DNA of 64,000 bases, taken from IMG/VR virus record IMGVR_UViG_3300027519_000001; one strand, written 5' to 3'. Of the stretch, positions 62,462-64,000 are shown piece after piece; position 1 is the stretch's first letter, and each line of letters starts with the position of its first letter. The notes beneath the pieces are model-generated. The model did no database searches and was not told where the DNA came from. It worked only from the letters and a program-made list of their open reading frames with translations. Origin of the DNA: a virus. The translations under genes were made by a program, and so were the position numbers.

Positions 62462-63811
62462 TTACTTAACTTTAATCCAGTTTACAGTTTTTGTACTTGA
62501 TACATCTGCTAACCGGTACATCACGCCGCTATTCGTATACCCGGGTGGAGTATTATTACTCAACTTTAGCGCAGTACGCTCAGGTGTAGACAACGGCTTT
62601 ATTGTTGTAATTGTTTCAAACATAGTACTAAGAAATTTTAGTACTGACTCATGCGGATTGGAAACCCGCTTTAGCTCTTCGTTCCAGTAGCTATACATAT
62701 CGTATGCAACAAATGATAAGCTAGGGACAATATCGTATTCGCGAAGTTTACGTTTCTCTTCCTTTGCTTCATTAACCACCTGCTCATGCTCTTCGTACTT
62801 CTCTACTAGATTGGTAGCTTTACTCAGCATAATAGTAGTGTTTCGGCTTAACCGCTTTTTAGAACTATTATCTACTATGAAGCGTATAGCTTTCTTGTAC
62901 TTCGATCTGTAGTTCTTAACAAAAGCGCTACTAGGATGAGAGCTAGGTAAATCAAAACCATCCATATCAGCAAGTGAAAATACATCTTGATCCAAAGAAC
63001 AACGTATAAGCTGTTTGACCGTAGATTCTTTTCCCCAATACTTTCTAAGCTTGGATAGGTTACGTGCCTTAATGCTCACTATTCCGCTAACAAATAAATA
63101 CGGACCGAATGAACTTAGAACGTTAGAGTCTATTTCCTTTCGAGCAAACTGCATAGCTTGAACAGTAAAGTTCATGAACTTATTATTCACTTTACAGTAT
63201 GCTGCAAATAGGTTTGCTTTGTTTGATGATTTATCTATGCGATAAACCAACGTACACTCTAAACCGTCCAGACTTGGAGCCGCAGAGAAAGGAGGATTCT
63301 TTTGAATAAATCGCTCCGTACTCATTGTACTAAAAGTACTAGCTAACAAATCTTTATAATGCGCTGTTTGTGTATTAAAGTAAAACCAATTCGGGTCTAC
63401 ACTGGCAGAGTTCACCTGCTTCCAATGTTCGCGAAGTATGCGCAACATATTAGAGTAAGAAAAAACTCTTCCATTCACTTTTGGGCTAAACCCTGCTGCT
63501 AAGTGTGTCCATAACAAATGACACTCTTTTGAATGCGGCAGACCTAACCCAACTCGATACAAGCTTGCAATCTTTGTACACACCGTAGGCGAGTACTCAC
63601 TGCTTGCTTGCTTAATTAGACTTTTCAACGTGTGTTTGGATATTCGCAACTCAAACACCTGAGTATGCTTATAAGCTTCACCAGGCACATGAATTTTTAC
63701 AGTTAAAGCAGACCCGTCTAACTTTGGGTCTGCTGGAAAGATTAACTTCTCATGTACAAGTGCGCGAATTCCATCTGGGTCTACTTCGTCAAATATTCGT
63801 ATATATGACAT
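62462..63811 (-). CDS. hypothetical protein with ligase-like nucleotidyltransferase motifs (449 aa)
   Basis: DPKLDGSAL (KxDG), a second AAPSLDGLE, FVAYDMY, SGVMYR, and a C-terminal NWIKVK. This is motif-level similarity only. Confidence 0.6.
   Translation of the reverse strand: MSYIRIFDEVDPDGIRALVHEKLIFPADPKLDGSALTVKIHVPGEAYKHTQVFELRISKHTLKSLIKQASSEYSPTVCTKIASLYRVGLGLPHSKECHLLWTHLAAGFSPKVNGRVFSYSNMLRILREHWKQVNSASVDPNWFYFNTQTAHYKDLLASTFSTMSTERFIQKNPPFSAAPSLDGLECTLVYRIDKSSNKANLFAAYCKVNNKFMNFTVQAMQFARKEIDSNVLSSFGPYLFVSGIVSIKARNLSKLRKYWGKESTVKQLIRCSLDQDVFSLADMDGFDLPSSHPSSAFVKNYRSKYKKAIRFIVDNSSKKRLSRNTTIMLSKATNLVEKYEEHEQVVNEAKEEKRKLREYDIVPSLSFVAYDMYSYWNEELKRVSNPHESVLKFLSTMFETITTIKPLSTPERTALKLSNNTPPGYTNSGVMYRLADVSSTKTVNWIKVK
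62479..62491 (-). promoter_or_regulatory. copy 5 (variant AAAACTGTAAACT) of the motif
   Basis: It lies 33 nt upstream of the ATG at 62445, inside the 3' end of the upstream ORF. Confidence 0.45.
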
Positions 63812-63829
63812 AATATTTCCAGTTAGATT

Positions 63830-64000
63830 TTATATGTTCCAATAGGCATGGACTGCATTGAATTGAGATTTCCAAAACTCTAGTCTTGCCGTCTCACCTT
63901 CTGGAACATCGTAACCTGCTTCTTTAGCGCAAGTAAAAAACCACTCACTCGGAAAGATAGCATTGTTCTTTTTGTCTTGTTTACAGACAATAGCAGTAAG
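63830..64000 (-). CDS. hypothetical protein, N-terminus outside the window
   Basis: The frame is open from 64000 to the TAA at 63832-63830 (...FFTCAKEAGYDVPEGETARLEFWKSQFNAVHAYWNI). Confidence 0.5.
   Translation of the reverse strand, partial: LTAIVCKQDKKNNAIFPSEWFFTCAKEAGYDVPEGETARLEFWKSQFNAVHAYWNI

Overview
This window is a 64 kb piece of a large, AT-rich tailed dsDNA phage with a contractile-tail-type baseplate. No integrase, rRNA, CRISPR array or obvious tRNA is visible. Two opposed, tightly packed transcription blocks converge on a hairpin terminator at about 31.0 kb. The + block (1.0-30.9 kb) is a late structural and lysis module. It runs PAAR tip, gp25-like wedge, baseplate-J-like protein, a 1600 aa Ig-repeat protein and a P2 gpH-type fibre. 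It then has four paralogous collagen-like (GXY) proteins, two giant adhesin-like proteins (Calx-beta, VWA), several fibre proteins sharing a small C-terminal module, and a holin/spanin-like cassette. The - block (31.0-64 kb) starts with an M15 endolysin and a run of unknown genes that includes an HslV/proteasome-type threonine peptidase. It continues with a P4H-like 2OG-Fe(II) oxygenase, a FEN-type 5'-3' exonuclease, a probable portal, the large terminase, a DnaB-like helicase, an HNH endonuclease and a T4-type two-subunit topoisomerase II. It ends with four genes for extremely basic (H1-like KAPARG repeats) or extremely acidic (HeH-repeat) proteins. The most unusual signals come first. (1) There are three Hint (intein/Hedgehog-type) domains in the fibre cluster. 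Two are catalytically intact, primed by poly-Gly-Cys, and sit at the C-termini of structural proteins; one is degenerate and free-standing. (2) A T1-family peptidase has an exact Thr1/Asp17/Lys33 register. (3) A 13 nt motif, AAAACTGTAAATA, sits 31-60 nt upstream of five minus-strand genes. (4) A KAPA/RG-rich basic tag is shared by several adjacent abundant-looking proteins and is appended to topoisomerase II, FEN and helicase. (5) A 66-codon stop-free, K/R-rich frame runs into terL with no canonical start codon. All functional calls rest on motifs read by eye. No database search was run.
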